Program-made: the position numbers and the translations under genes
Origin: a virus
Taxonomy: Duplodnaviria > Caudoviricetes
Strand: one strand, 5' to 3'
DNA length: 64,000 nt
Virus record (IMG/VR): IMGVR_UViG_3300032285_003957
Location: 64,001 to 128,000 of that record
Notes under the pieces: generated by a model
Told to the model about the DNA's origin: nothing
Databases searched by the model: none
The model's input: the letters and a program-made list of their open reading frames with translations, nothing else
In this document: one piece after another, positions 32,052-43,242 of the stretch
Numbering within the stretch: the stretch's first letter is position 1
How the letters are laid out: every line of letters begins with the position of its first letter

Positions 32052-32135
32052 GCAATTTTTTAGGTATAACAATATCAAAAACAAGTTTTTTATTAATAAC
32101 ACACTATTTATATAGTAATAAAACCAATTTAAATA

Positions 32136-33398
32136 ATGGCTGAAAAATCAATTTTAGAACAAGCTTTACTTCAAATCGAAACACTTGAAGAAGCAGTTAA
32201 AGCAAATGCAAAAGGTATAATTTCTTCAACTATGAAGAAAGAACTAAGCGAATTGCTTAAAGAATCTAAAGAAGAAGAGGATGAAAACTGGGCATCACAA
32301 GAAGAGGAAGCTAAGGCTTCTGAAGAAGATGATGACGAAAGTGCTATTCCTGACGAAGAGGAAGAAAATGATATGGCAAGCGACGACGAGGAATCAGATG
32401 ACGATGAGTCAGATGAAGAAGGAGAAGCTGCTGATGACACAGACCTCGATAATGAACCAAAAGGTATCGACTCATTAGATGCTGATTCTGACATGGATGC
32501 TGACGCTGATATGGATGATTACAATGCTGATGATGAAGATGATACTGATGTTGACGCGGACAACGACGTTATGGACATGACAGGTGCTTCAGATGATGAA
32601 GTTATGAAAGTGTTCAAAGCTATGAAACCAGAAGATGGTATCGTAGTTAAAAAAGACGGAGGTCATCTTAGCGTTAATGACGGTGACAATGAGTATATCA
32701 TTAAACTTGATGATGAATCTACACCATCTCATGAAGAAGAATCTGAGCCGTTTACGGATCATACTTCAGATGAGGAAGAAGAAGATGAATCAAATTTATA
32801 TGAAATAACATTGGATGAAGAAGACACTGACCCTACTACACCTGATACTAATTTAGGTGAAGAAGAGGATGAAGACGAAGATGATGACGATGACCACAAA
32901 GTTCAAGCTGATGAAGCTGCAAGAACTAAGTCTAATCCTCATGGTAACAAAAACGGTATGCATCGTGCAGGTTTACCAAGTAAGAAAAAATACAAAGCAG
33001 GTTCAACAATCAACGAAGAGGTTGAAACTTTGAAGAAACAAAATGGTGAATATAAAAAAGCCTTAGTTCTTTTCAAAGACAAACTTAACGAAGTTGCAAT
33101 CTTCAATGCAAACTTAGCTTACTTCACTCGTTTGGTGACTGAGCATTCAACAACAAAACAAGAGAAATTGAACATATTAAAGAGATTTGATTCAGTTTCT
33201 ACTATGAATGAGTCTAAAAACTTATTCAAAACTATTGAAGCAGAATTAGGTTCTAAAAAACCAGTAACCGAGTCTGTTGTAAATAAAATCTCTGCAACTC
33301 CAACAACATCTTCTTCTCAAGAGACATTGACTGAGTCAAAAGCTTACGAAAATCCTCAATTCAAGAGAATGAAAGATTTGATGAGTAAAATAAAATAA
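32136..33398 (+). CDS. Prohead scaffolding/core protein
   Basis: Very acidic, coiled-coil, located between protease and MCP. Confidence 0.75.
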   Translation: MAEKSILEQALLQIETLEEAVKANAKGIISSTMKKELSELLKESKEEEDENWASQEEEAKASEEDDDESAIPDEEEENDMASDDEESDDDESDEEGEAADDTDLDNEPKGIDSLDADSDMDADADMDDYNADDEDDTDVDADNDVMDMTGASDDEVMKVFKAMKPEDGIVVKKDGGHLSVNDGDNEYIIKLDDESTPSHEEESEPFTDHTSDEEEEDESNLYEITLDEEDTDPTTPDTNLGEEEDEDEDDDDDHKVQADEAARTKSNPHGNKNGMHRAGLPSKKKYKAGSTINEEVETLKKQNGEYKKALVLFKDKLNEVAIFNANLAYFTRLVTEHSTTKQEKLNILKRFDSVSTMNESKNLFKTIEAELGSKKPVTESVVNKISATPTTSSSQETLTESKAYENPQFKRMKDLMSKIK

Positions 33399-33430
33399 AA
33401 TAAAAATTAAAAAAAACAAAAACATACAAA

Positions 33431-35191
33431 ATGGGAGCATTATTAGAATCAGGTATGGTTGGTAACATCGGTCTTAAGCACTTACGTGTTATCAAAGAAG
33501 ATACCATCAAAAAATGGGATGACTTAGGATTTTTAGAAGGTCTTGAAGGTCACCAAAAAGATAACATCGCGCAATTATATGAAAACCAAGCGTCTTATTT
33601 AATCAACGAAGCTGCAACTGCAGATGCGTCTGGTTCTTTCGAGACTGTGGTATTCCCTATCATTCGTCGTGTATTCTCTAAATTATTAGCTAACGACTTA
33701 GTGTCTGTTCAAGCTATGAACTTACCAATTGGTAAATTATTCTACTTCATTCCTAAAATTCAGGAAAGAAATAGTGGAGACCATTACGGTCCTTACATGG
33801 GTGAAAACTCTAACTTTAGTGGAACAAACACATCTAAAGGTGCAGGATATCCTGATACAGCTAAAAGCCTTTACGATCGTTTCTATGAAAATAGTGATGA
33901 TGTAAACCAAGGTCTTTTTGATTACTCAAAAGGAGCTTTCACGCTTAACACTGCAACTGTTGCTGATATCGTTTCATTTGCTACTGGTACTGAAGCAAGT
34001 ATCAACCCAATCGCTACTGGTGTAACAGTAAATTCTGTAATATTGAAAGTTACTGGTTTCACAAGTGATGGTGCTGGTAAAATCGCAGGTCCAGACGGTA
34101 ACTTAATGGATACTGAAGAATTTTTAGCTTCTTTAACAGTTGCTTGTTCTCAAATTACAAATAGTAACACTGGTTACACTACAAACTTACCATTCAACAT
34201 TGTAACTCAAAAATATGGTAAAGGTATTGTAGAATACGGTAGCAAGCATACAGGTGCTTACACAACTGGTAAGTATTATGATATTTGTGATCAAACAGGA
34301 GTAATTTATCTTTCTGTAGATACACAATATTACGATGCAACTGGTTTCCACGGTTATTCAGTAGCAGGTTCAACTTTAGCGGTTGGTGATTTCACAGTAA
34401 CTTTCAGAAGTTATGACACATTAGAGTTTGAAGAAAACATCGGTGAAGTTTCTTTCGATTTACAATCAGTAACAGTTTCTGTAACTGAAAGAAAATTAAG
34501 AGCAAGCTGGTCTCCTGAATTAGCTCAAGACGTTAGTGCATTCCACAACATCGATGCTGAAGCTGAATTAACAGCTTTATTATCTGAGCAAATCGCAGCA
34601 GAAGTTGACCGTGAAATCTTACGTGACTTACGTAAAGGTGCAGCATGGACAGCTAAATGGGATTACAATGGATGGAAATACGGTGGAAACGGTAACTCAA
34701 CTTTACAAGGTTACACTCAAAAAGATTGGAACCAAACTTTGATTACTAAAATCAACCAAATTTCTGCTCAAATCCACAAAACAACATTAAGAGGTGGTGC
34801 TAACTGGATTGTTGTTTCTTCAGAAGTTTCTGCAGTATTCGACGATTTAGAATATTTCCACGTTTCTAATGCAGAGCCAGAGCAAGATCAATACAACATG
34901 GGTATCGAGAAAATCGGTTCAGTAGCAGGTCGCTACCAAGTTTACCGTGACCCTTACTTCCCAGCAGGTAAAATTTTGATTGGACATAAAGGAAAGTCAT
35001 TATTAGACGCAGGTTATATCTACGCTCCATATGTGCCTTTACAATTAACTCCAACAATGTATAACCCATTCAACTTTACTCCAGTAAAGGGAATCATGAC
35101 TCGTTACGCAAAGAAAATGGTGAACAACCGTTATTTCGGTGTAATCAACGTGAGTGGTTTACAAACTTTCGATATGAACACTTTAAGATAA
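33431..35191 (+). CDS. Major capsid protein (T4 gp23-like)
   Basis: VQAMNLPIG, RKLRASWSPELAQD, AEVDREI, YAPYVPL, GIMTRYA; predicted cleavage LINE/A at 60/61. Confidence 0.95.
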   Translation: MGALLESGMVGNIGLKHLRVIKEDTIKKWDDLGFLEGLEGHQKDNIAQLYENQASYLINEAATADASGSFETVVFPIIRRVFSKLLANDLVSVQAMNLPIGKLFYFIPKIQERNSGDHYGPYMGENSNFSGTNTSKGAGYPDTAKSLYDRFYENSDDVNQGLFDYSKGAFTLNTATVADIVSFATGTEASINPIATGVTVNSVILKVTGFTSDGAGKIAGPDGNLMDTEEFLASLTVACSQITNSNTGYTTNLPFNIVTQKYGKGIVEYGSKHTGAYTTGKYYDICDQTGVIYLSVDTQYYDATGFHGYSVAGSTLAVGDFTVTFRSYDTLEFEENIGEVSFDLQSVTVSVTERKLRASWSPELAQDVSAFHNIDAEAELTALLSEQIAAEVDREILRDLRKGAAWTAKWDYNGWKYGGNGNSTLQGYTQKDWNQTLITKINQISAQIHKTTLRGGANWIVVSSEVSAVFDDLEYFHVSNAEPEQDQYNMGIEKIGSVAGRYQVYRDPYFPAGKILIGHKGKSLLDAGYIYAPYVPLQLTPTMYNPFNFTPVKGIMTRYAKKMVNNRYFGVINVSGLQTFDMNTLR

Positions 35192-35208
35192 TCTTAATTG
35201 TCTATAGT

Positions 35209-35240
35209 AAAAAGCCCTCGAGAAATCGGGGGTTTTTTAT
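35209..35240 (+). terminator. Intrinsic terminator after MCP
   Basis: AAAGCCCTCGA-GAAA-TCGGGGGTTTT. Confidence 0.8.
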
Positions 35241-35272
35241 TTTGGTTAATTGGGAATTCTTATGTATATTTG
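35241..35272 (+). promoter_or_regulatory. Bacteroidota-type promoter
   Basis: TTTG-N20-TATATTTG upstream of the ATG at 35277. Confidence 0.7.
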
Positions 35273-35276
35273 CACC

Positions 35277-35615
35277 ATGACCAAAAAGAACCTTAATAAT
35301 ATCATTAATTCGGGTCCAATTGACTACGAAAAATTGCGCTTAGATGTTTTGTCTCGTTTAATTGACGAAAGGGGTATTTCTTGTAAAAACAAAAAGGATG
35401 AGATGATAAAATATCTCAAAATGGATGATGAGGGGAAATATATTCGTGAAACCACTTATGAGAAGTGGGAAGGTCGTTTATTAGTGGGTATAGACCTTAA
35501 AAATACAGCTCATTTATTACAAATGGGTAAGTTAGTGGAAAAGAGAGAAGCGTCCTCTAAAGGCTTATATGCATCAGATAGAGTATACTTTATATCTAAT
35601 CAAAAACTAATATAG
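35277..35615 (+). CDS. Hypothetical protein
   Basis: ORF track, trimmed to the ATG after the promoter. Confidence 0.65.
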   Translation: MTKKNLNNIINSGPIDYEKLRLDVLSRLIDERGISCKNKKDEMIKYLKMDDEGKYIRETTYEKWEGRLLVGIDLKNTAHLLQMGKLVEKREASSKGLYASDRVYFISNQKLI

Positions 35616-35616
35616 A

Positions 35617-36366
35617 TTACCAAGTTCTACAAGCCCAATAACGAGGTTTCCAACGTGGACCTGGATTGTCACAGTTCATACGTGCTCTAAAGGATTTTCT
35701 TCTCTTAGGGTTATTTTTCTTGATAACCATTCTTTTACCGTGAGCAGATTTACCGCCAAAACCAAAGTTTACTTTAACGACTTTACCTTTATCGTTTTTA
35801 ACATATACTTTAAATTTCTTGATGTCACCTTGCATGATTTTACCTAATTGAACCTTTTTACCGTGGTATTCAGCTTCATTTAAAAAATCATTGGCTTCAA
35901 AATTTGTATTTTGAACTGAACCAGTTTCATCTTCATAAATCAACACAGGTGTTTGTTCGTTATATTCAAAAAGTCTTTCGAATTGTTCTTCGCTTATTTG
36001 TATAATTGTTCTTTTTTCCATACTTTCATTATAATGTGTCATCGTTGGTTTATTACCCTTACCAATTTTAGGGTGTTTTTTTTCAGCCCTTCTTTTTTGG
36101 TTGGTCATTGCTTTTTTTTCTTTTTTATCGTAAGAGGATGCGATTTTTGGAGTTTCTTTGGACACTTTCTTTGAAGGTCTACATTTTGGATATGATTTAC
36201 CGTCAGCGTCTTTCCTACCACATGGTGGGTTTTTACCGTTAACTTTTTTGCTAACGTCTACCCATTTTTCTTTAAACCACCTTCTAAGGTCTTCTTTTAA
36301 AACCTCACCTGACTCTATGGACTCTTCAATATATTTTAAATCTTCTTTTGAAACTATAATATTCAT
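35617..36366 (-). CDS. Modular basic hypothetical protein (WFKEKWVDV...CRP and RKSFRARMNC...RYWACRTW modules)
   Basis: ORF track; modules typical of T4-like large phages. Confidence 0.7.
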   Translation of the reverse strand: MNIIVSKEDLKYIEESIESGEVLKEDLRRWFKEKWVDVSKKVNGKNPPCGRKDADGKSYPKCRPSKKVSKETPKIASSYDKKEKKAMTNQKRRAEKKHPKIGKGNKPTMTHYNESMEKRTIIQISEEQFERLFEYNEQTPVLIYEDETGSVQNTNFEANDFLNEAEYHGKKVQLGKIMQGDIKKFKVYVKNDKGKVVKVNFGFGGKSAHGKRMVIKKNNPKRRKSFRARMNCDNPGPRWKPRYWACRTW

Positions 36367-36379
36367 TTAAATAAATATT

Positions 36380-37147
36380 TTATAAACCCATATTATCTAT
36401 GAATTTTTTATGTGATTTTTTATACGATGATTCTTTTTCGTCATTTACGTCTTTAGTGTATTGCCAATTCCAATATAGATTTTTATTAGGTTTAAAACCA
36501 TAAAATTCATGGACTTTCATTTGAACTTTAGTAACTTCTTCTCCATTCCAATTTTGTCCTACACAAATGAAACCCGTTTCAATATTTTTTATGATATTAT
36601 CTTCACCTAAAGTGGTATGTCTGTTTTCAATCCAAGTAAGCCTTTCAATAAGATTTTGGTAATACATATTTGTTTGTCCCCACCTTATTGAACTGAAAAA
36701 TAAAACGGCGTCGCTTTCAAATAATTCTTTAGAAATCTTCCATAATTCATCCGTTTTATTGTTGAAACTGGCCCAACATCTGTGATAACCCGACGGATTT
36801 TTTTTATCATTGTCAAGTAATGCTTTTTTTACCCCACAACCATTACCATCTTTTCTTGATACATTACCCTCACAAGGAAATATTTTTAATTCGGAAACAT
36901 CAATCAAAACAGCTTTATCACCAAGTTCTTCTTTTAAATAAGTTGCAATGATTTTTGATTTTGGAATATCTTCATTTTTTTCATCCCAATTAAACCTGTT
37001 TGAACAGCTTAACAATAAAACCTTTTTATTGTTTTTCAATATGTCCAATGTAGCTTTTAGTTTTTTAGCGCCATTTTCTTGGACTAATTCTTCTAAAAGC
37101 ATCATTTTCCTAATTTTAGATACTTCTTCTTGTAGTATGTTGGACAT
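36380..37147 (-). CDS. Flavodoxin-like NAD(P)H:FMN reductase / iron-sulfur flavoprotein
   Basis: LLLSCSNR, Cys cluster, DAVLFFSSIRWG...LIERL; start trimmed to MSNILQEE. Confidence 0.72.
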   Translation of the reverse strand: MSNILQEEVSKIRKMMLLEELVQENGAKKLKATLDILKNNKKVLLLSCSNRFNWDEKNEDIPKSKIIATYLKEELGDKAVLIDVSELKIFPCEGNVSRKDGNGCGVKKALLDNDKKNPSGYHRCWASFNNKTDELWKISKELFESDAVLFFSSIRWGQTNMYYQNLIERLTWIENRHTTLGEDNIIKNIETGFICVGQNWNGEEVTKVQMKVHEFYGFKPNKNLYWNWQYTKDVNDEKESSYKKSHKKFIDNMGL

Positions 37148-37148
37148 A

Positions 37149-37796
37149 TTATTTACATTTTCTCCATCCACCGCCTTTTGCTTTGTAATTTTTTGCAGCC
37201 CAACCATTTGCGTAAGCGCTTGGGTATACATCAAATTTAGCTTTAGCAGCCGCTTTAGATGCAGCCCATTTTGCAGGGTCAGTAGGACAATTTTTACTTT
37301 CGTCTATTTCACCATGTGATTTATTTTTAGGTTTTTTACCTTTTTCTTTCATATGAATAGCGATAGCAGCTTGTTGTGCGGGATTTTTTGCTTCATTTGT
37401 TGGGACACAATTTGGAACCATTTTCCCGTTCTTTTTTTTACCGCCAACTTGTTTGTAACCATCCCAACATTTCTCATCAAGTTGTCCGTTTTCATTTAAA
37501 CTAAATTGATTCACATCTGCGGAAACAGATTGTTGATTATCGCTTCCTTTAGTTTCATTCATTAAAAAATCAAAAACTTGGTCGATATTTTCTTTAGCAC
37601 TTGAGATATGGTCGTCAGCCCAATCATGGCCATTTTCCAATATTTCATTAACCATGTTTTGGTCAAGTTTTAATAATAATTCACATTGTCTTTTTATTTG
37701 TTCTAAATTGCTAAAGAACATATAATTACCACCGTGTGATTCGTTTTCTTTAATAACATCTCTTAGATGTTTTTTGATTAATTCGTTTAAATTCAT
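37149..37796 (-). CDS. Modular hypothetical protein (CWDGY...VPNCVP and PSAYANGW...GGGW modules)
   Basis: ORF track. Confidence 0.7.
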   Translation of the reverse strand: MNLNELIKKHLRDVIKENESHGGNYMFFSNLEQIKRQCELLLKLDQNMVNEILENGHDWADDHISSAKENIDQVFDFLMNETKGSDNQQSVSADVNQFSLNENGQLDEKCWDGYKQVGGKKKNGKMVPNCVPTNEAKNPAQQAAIAIHMKEKGKKPKNKSHGEIDESKNCPTDPAKWAASKAAAKAKFDVYPSAYANGWAAKNYKAKGGGWRKCK

Positions 37797-37807
37797 GTAT
37801 ATAAATA

Positions 37808-39178
37808 TTATTTTTCTGAGACAATCTCAAATTTTATTAGTTCATTATGAAATATTTCTTCATCGTGTATTTTAGTTTTACACTCCAAATGATATTCTCT
37901 TGGGATATATATTTCAGTGTCAAAATAGAAGAAATTTTCGTTAGTTGAATCGACCATAGTCCAATCATGAACCATAACTTGGGTTCTACCTTCATAAATG
38001 AATATTCTATAATACGTTTCGCCAATAACCTGTGCTATAGGGTTCTCAATAGATTTTGTTGCGATTGTGATTTTTCTTTTTTCACCCTTTTTAATTTTCT
38101 CATTTAATTGAATACCATAGAATTGAATTACATAACGATTAGTGTCTCTTGGGTTTTCACCGACACTAAATAAAGAGGTATATGGTTTAGGTATGAATTT
38201 TTGACAAACGTCATTAATTGCAATTCCGTCTAAAACTAAGTTTTTCCAACAATCATAATAAAATCTCTTACCGTCACAAACAACACCATCAATACCAAAA
38301 TTCACCTTATATACACCTTTTCTAACTTTAACGGTTTCCAAGTCGTTTAGACCACTTATAACGTTACCTGAAGCGTCTTTAATATCGACCATAGGTAATT
38401 CATCTAAATCAAAAAAGTTTGTTCCTTTTGTAATGAAAAGATACAAATTTTGCATTTGTTTTTCGATAAAATTGTAACGATTATCGATAACCGTATCCTC
38501 AAAATAAGACTCAACAAATGGTTCAAAAAATGTTTGAGTATATTTGGTAAAGAATGCCACAGATTGGTCATTAGCAGGGTTTAAATCTTGGTAAATTACA
38601 GAAAAAGCAATACCTAATCCGTTATTAACATCACCCGATAATAATCCGTTAATATAGTCAGTTATATCAGCTTCTAAATTTTCATCACCATTATCAAAAT
38701 TCACTGTAGCTACTATGTCAGGGGAATCATTATAAACTCCTTCAATAGCCCATGTGTGTTCAGTATCTCGATAAAACCAGTTAGAAGGTCTAACGTCAAA
38801 TGTTAAATTACCCTTAGAGAAATCATATCCCCCATCCTCATAATCAAAACCAACACCTTCATTCCAAAATTCTGGAATTCTGAATATTATTAAATTAAAT
38901 GATGTTGCTCTATCTCTTCCCGTGCTTCTACCTTGACCCTTAAATCCTTCATCACCAAAAATGGTATTAGTCATTTTTAGAGTGTGTTTAGTGTTAGAAT
39001 CTATCACCAAATCACCAGAATTAATTCTATTTTGTAAATTTATAAGGTCAACTTTAAATAAAAACTTGGAAAACCCCGAACCATAGAAAATCTCGGTTGT
39101 TGGGTTTTTAGCTGTATTAGCTGAAGATTTCTTAATTATCGTATTGTTCTTCTCAAAATATGAACGGAAATATGACAT
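37808..39178 (-). CDS. Probable virion structural protein
   Basis: Beta-rich, 456 aa, next to the baseplate-like gene. Confidence 0.6.
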   Translation of the reverse strand: MSYFRSYFEKNNTIIKKSSANTAKNPTTEIFYGSGFSKFLFKVDLINLQNRINSGDLVIDSNTKHTLKMTNTIFGDEGFKGQGRSTGRDRATSFNLIIFRIPEFWNEGVGFDYEDGGYDFSKGNLTFDVRPSNWFYRDTEHTWAIEGVYNDSPDIVATVNFDNGDENLEADITDYINGLLSGDVNNGLGIAFSVIYQDLNPANDQSVAFFTKYTQTFFEPFVESYFEDTVIDNRYNFIEKQMQNLYLFITKGTNFFDLDELPMVDIKDASGNVISGLNDLETVKVRKGVYKVNFGIDGVVCDGKRFYYDCWKNLVLDGIAINDVCQKFIPKPYTSLFSVGENPRDTNRYVIQFYGIQLNEKIKKGEKRKITIATKSIENPIAQVIGETYYRIFIYEGRTQVMVHDWTMVDSTNENFFYFDTEIYIPREYHLECKTKIHDEEIFHNELIKFEIVSEK

Positions 39179-39201
39179 GTCTTTTATTATATAAATATCA
39201 A

Positions 39202-40731
39202 TTAGTTGATTCTAATTGAATGGTTCAACATTTCCTCTTCCAAAGTCTCAAGTTTACGTTTTAAAGTTTGAAAATTGTCATCAGATTGCTCAAGTGGTTC
39301 AAGAATATCGTGTTTGTGACTTGCAAATAAACTAAACATCATTTGTAAAACCTCTAAAAGAGTTTCACCTCTAACAGAAGCAAAGGTATTTGGCCAAATT
39401 TTATTAACATATTCATCCTGAGTTAATTCGTATTTTTCTAATGCGTCAAAATTAATATCCGTTGCGCCCGCAGATTTTGTGGGCATGGTAGATAAAAAGA
39501 AAACTTGGTCAGACTTAATTGTAGCAAAAGTTTGCTCACCAGTTTCTTCGGTAACAATAGATTGTTGGACAATCTTTTTGTTTGGTTGCGGCGTTATTTT
39601 CGTTGGGCTATACACCAAACCATGTTCTTTAATATTGAAGACATTTATACCGTCCAAAAATTGTTTTTTACCCGTTATATTTGTGGCACTTTCTTGAAAA
39701 TTTTTAGTAGGTCTAAAAAAGAATGGATGTAAATTACCGGTTGTAGTAAAAAAGGTTGTTCCATAGGTGTTATCATTTACTAATCCATTTGTGTGAAATT
39801 TTTGTAGAAAGTCATTTGTTTTTCTATATAAATTGTCAACTGTGGCTCCTGTAAATGATAGTGTTGTATTTTCATCTTTAGCATCTACATAAGATGATGG
39901 GAATGGCGGTATGTTTTTAACCAACTCGTAATAACCATCTAAAAGAGGTGCGCTCGATAAATATGGATTTTCCAATCTATATTGTTTTTCAGGGTCAGGT
40001 TTTAATTTATAAAAGTAAAAATTAACTGTATCCAATGCATCTGAAATTTCATATTCAACGATGTATTTTAAATCACCTGTTGGGAAATCAGTTACTTCGA
40101 CAGGACCTGTTGACCATTTTTTAGTTGTTGGGAATTTTTTAAGATAGATGTTAGACGTTTTATTTGACATAATTGGTCTATCAACCATGGATTTTTTTTG
40201 AGCTCCATCAGCACTATTCTTAGCTAAGAATTTACCACCGCGAAGCATTAAACCATTATCGGTAAAAATTAAATCTGAACCATATTTTCCATAAACACCA
40301 TAATGATTATGTTTGGCAAATGAACCCTTAGATTTTTTATCCAAGTAATTACCCAATTTATCTACAACGTCCTGACTTCTTTTAACTGGTCCACCATAAC
40401 TCGTAAATTCTAATTGGCCTAAATGTGTCTGAGCGTTATAATCAGACATTGTTGTAAATGGACCTGCAACGTATTCCTGATTTGTAAAATCTTTATCGGT
40501 GTTATAATTAATAATTTTTACTGACTGTCCAACTTCAGGTATGAAGTTAACATTTGTCGGTAAAAAGGGTGACGCAACAAATAAATCCTTTTTCGTCCAT
40601 TTTTCGGCTTCGGTTATATTGAATGTTCCTTCAATCTCACCCGTTTGTGAACTATAACGATTAACACGTATTCTACCCATATGTTGTGGATCTTGGTTAT
40701 CCACGCACATTGCTATATCAATTATTTTCAT
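39202..40731 (-). CDS. Baseplate hub/spike-like protein (gp5/VgrG-like OB-fold N-terminus)
   Basis: CVDNQDPQHMGRIRV...FIPEVGQSVKI. Confidence 0.65.
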   Translation of the reverse strand: MKIIDIAMCVDNQDPQHMGRIRVNRYSSQTGEIEGTFNITEAEKWTKKDLFVASPFLPTNVNFIPEVGQSVKIINYNTDKDFTNQEYVAGPFTTMSDYNAQTHLGQLEFTSYGGPVKRSQDVVDKLGNYLDKKSKGSFAKHNHYGVYGKYGSDLIFTDNGLMLRGGKFLAKNSADGAQKKSMVDRPIMSNKTSNIYLKKFPTTKKWSTGPVEVTDFPTGDLKYIVEYEISDALDTVNFYFYKLKPDPEKQYRLENPYLSSAPLLDGYYELVKNIPPFPSSYVDAKDENTTLSFTGATVDNLYRKTNDFLQKFHTNGLVNDNTYGTTFFTTTGNLHPFFFRPTKNFQESATNITGKKQFLDGINVFNIKEHGLVYSPTKITPQPNKKIVQQSIVTEETGEQTFATIKSDQVFFLSTMPTKSAGATDINFDALEKYELTQDEYVNKIWPNTFASVRGETLLEVLQMMFSLFASHKHDILEPLEQSDDNFQTLKRKLETLEEEMLNHSIRIN

Positions 40732-40931
40732 TAGTCAGTTTTTCTTTTGTCAATTTCTTCAATCACTTTATTATATAAATTTTCAATAGCGTCTAAATGT
40801 TTAGTCAAATCCAAAATCAATTCTTTTGTTTTTTGGAATTCTTCAAATAATTCATTTTCAACAGCAAATAAATCTTTGTTAGATTTATTCTCCACATCTT
40901 GCGTAATCTCAATAATTTTTTCTTTAGTCAT
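40731..40931 (-). CDS. Small coiled-coil hypothetical protein
   Basis: ORF track. Confidence 0.65.
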   Translation of the reverse strand: MTKEKIIEITQDVENKSNKDLFAVENELFEEFQKTKELILDLTKHLDAIENLYNKVIEEIDKRKTD

Positions 40932-40932
40932 G

Positions 40933-42852
40933 TTAGAAATTTTTTCCGTGTGAAGTTATTAATCCCGGAGGAACTATAATAGGTCCTGTTGGCCCTGGTA
41001 AAATTGTAAGATTGTTACCAGTTGATACATAACCAAATGAATCTTCGTGTTCTTGATGCCCATCAACCATTGCTGATACTAAAGCCTGTAAGTTAGTTGT
41101 TTGTTTATCAAATAGAGCACCTGTATTTACACCATGATTTTCAAGTTTACCAAATATTTGTGATTTCATAATATCTGTGCTTTTACCCGGTAAAAAGTTT
41201 GAAAAGCTAAGTAAAAATCCAGGAATACTTAAACCTGGTATTAGCGCACTACCTGCAATCAAAGCATCTATAGCTAAATTAATGGCATCAAACATACCTT
41301 TACAACTACCAAAATCAACATTATTTAATATACCTAATAATAAAGCAATTAAAGCGGCGATAATAACTAAGTATCTTTTTTGTTTATTCAATATAATTCT
41401 TCTAAGTAATTTTGCTAAAAATCTGTATAAATGTGGTTTTGATAAATCCCAAAAATGAACTCTAAATCTCCATAATAATTTTGTGATTATCGCGTTAAAC
41501 AATTTCCACATTTTTTTCATAACCACTTTAACATCTTCAACCACAGTTCCTAATGCACCATTAACGGCTTTGTAAACTATGATAATTGGTAAAAAATATT
41601 TAGGTGAAAGAACTGATTGTATTAATGCTTTTGGTAAATTTAATATTAAACTATTAATTAGGTTTATGTGAAAGCTTGCCATCGGAATACTGTCGCTACC
41701 TGATTGGTTGTGAGCATCTATAGCAGCATTTAAAATAGCATTATCTAGTTTTTTAGCTGTAGTTTGTCCTTGTAAATAAACAAAATTATCATAATGAGAT
41801 GGATTGATAGGGACTGTAAAATTATCACAATCTCTAAACCTTAAAACTTTATTTAATCTATCAGCTTCATCATCTAAATCAATACCCTCCACATCATCAA
41901 AATCAAAATAAAACTCAATGTCATCATCGGTTTCATTAAATTGTTGTTGTGGACTTTGTCCTAATCCCTTTTTATTGTCATCAGAATTACCACAATAGCC
42001 ACATAATTTAGCTAACAAACGATTTAATATGTTTGTGCTAATATCAAAAGCAAGTGGTTCTTTACCATCACCATGTAACGTCATATAAACTGCGGTGTTT
42101 AAAACGTTGTCAATGTTAACATGGTCTACCGCACCATAATACCCCAACATAAAGTCTTCTAACTTACCGGCGCCACCAGGATTAAAATCTGAAAATGTGA
42201 ATTTTTGTTCGTATTGGTCAAATCTTGCTTTGAACATGGTATCACCATTTTTACTCGATATATTAACGGTGTCACCTGTTATTGCGCTGTATAAGTCTCT
42301 ATTAACTGCACCCATTGACCCTTCAGGTTCATAAACAATTTTACCTGTTGTGCTTGTAGGGTCAACAGTCAAAGCATTTAAAAAATCAAACTCATAAGGA
42401 TGTAACGAACATTCAGTAAAATTTAATCCTTGGAATGTTTTGTCTGTTCCACATATGCCATCACCAACAAATAATGTTTGCATAACAGCATCCATTATTA
42501 TTTGTTTAGATTCATTTAAGGTTCTATTCATGGCAGCAATTGAGATTTGCTGAACCATTTGTTTTGATAAAAAAGGCTTGTTAGGGTCAGTGCTTGTAGG
42601 TCTTTCCTCACTAAAAAAACTTTCAACCACATGTATCAAATCTTTGAAAACATCATGGTGATTAGTATTTTTTTTCTTTTTCTTACTCGCTAAATCGGAA
42701 ATATTTTTACCGATATTTTCAGAAGACGGCACTTTTATAGATGAATCAATTGCATTATCAATTAATTTACCAAGAATATCGTCTGACCTGCTAAGTGATG
42801 ATATTTTTCCCGCAAGTCTATTTGCAGAATTTACGTTGTTTTGGAAACTCAT
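40933..42852 (-). CDS. Large hypothetical protein with hydrophobic C-terminal segment
   Basis: ORF track, 639 aa. Confidence 0.7.
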   Translation of the reverse strand: MSFQNNVNSANRLAGKISSLSRSDDILGKLIDNAIDSSIKVPSSENIGKNISDLASKKKKKNTNHHDVFKDLIHVVESFFSEERPTSTDPNKPFLSKQMVQQISIAAMNRTLNESKQIIMDAVMQTLFVGDGICGTDKTFQGLNFTECSLHPYEFDFLNALTVDPTSTTGKIVYEPEGSMGAVNRDLYSAITGDTVNISSKNGDTMFKARFDQYEQKFTFSDFNPGGAGKLEDFMLGYYGAVDHVNIDNVLNTAVYMTLHGDGKEPLAFDISTNILNRLLAKLCGYCGNSDDNKKGLGQSPQQQFNETDDDIEFYFDFDDVEGIDLDDEADRLNKVLRFRDCDNFTVPINPSHYDNFVYLQGQTTAKKLDNAILNAAIDAHNQSGSDSIPMASFHINLINSLILNLPKALIQSVLSPKYFLPIIIVYKAVNGALGTVVEDVKVVMKKMWKLFNAIITKLLWRFRVHFWDLSKPHLYRFLAKLLRRIILNKQKRYLVIIAALIALLLGILNNVDFGSCKGMFDAINLAIDALIAGSALIPGLSIPGFLLSFSNFLPGKSTDIMKSQIFGKLENHGVNTGALFDKQTTNLQALVSAMVDGHQEHEDSFGYVSTGNNLTILPGPTGPIIVPPGLITSHGKNF

Positions 42853-43226
42853 AATTGATAGTTAGCTTCACCTTTATTATCATTATCATTAATCATTTTG
42901 TCTAATAAGGCTCTATCTTCATCGGATAATTCAAGTTTACCCATAGGCATACTTTTACCTCCACCGCCTGTTGTTTGCTTTAGTAATGCACCTTGCAATT
43001 TAACTAATGATATTTTCTTTTCTGTGCAATCGTTCAAAATCTTTTGTTGTTCCTTAATTACAGGACCAATTACACTCATATCTTCCGCATCTTTCATAAA
43101 ACTCATCATTTTACGCATGATTTGGGAAGCTGTGTTACGATTTTCTACAACGTCATTGTAAATTTCTTGCATTAAGGATAATGCAGAATCGACATCAAGA
43201 CTGATATTATTTCTTTGTCCTCTCAT
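42849..43226 (-). CDS. Coiled-coil hypothetical protein
   Basis: ORF track. Confidence 0.7.
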   Translation of the reverse strand: MRGQRNNISLDVDSALSLMQEIYNDVVENRNTASQIMRKMMSFMKDAEDMSVIGPVIKEQQKILNDCTEKKISLVKLQGALLKQTTGGGGKSMPMGKLELSDEDRALLDKMINDNDNKGEANYQL

Positions 43227-43242
43227 AGTATATAAATAGGTT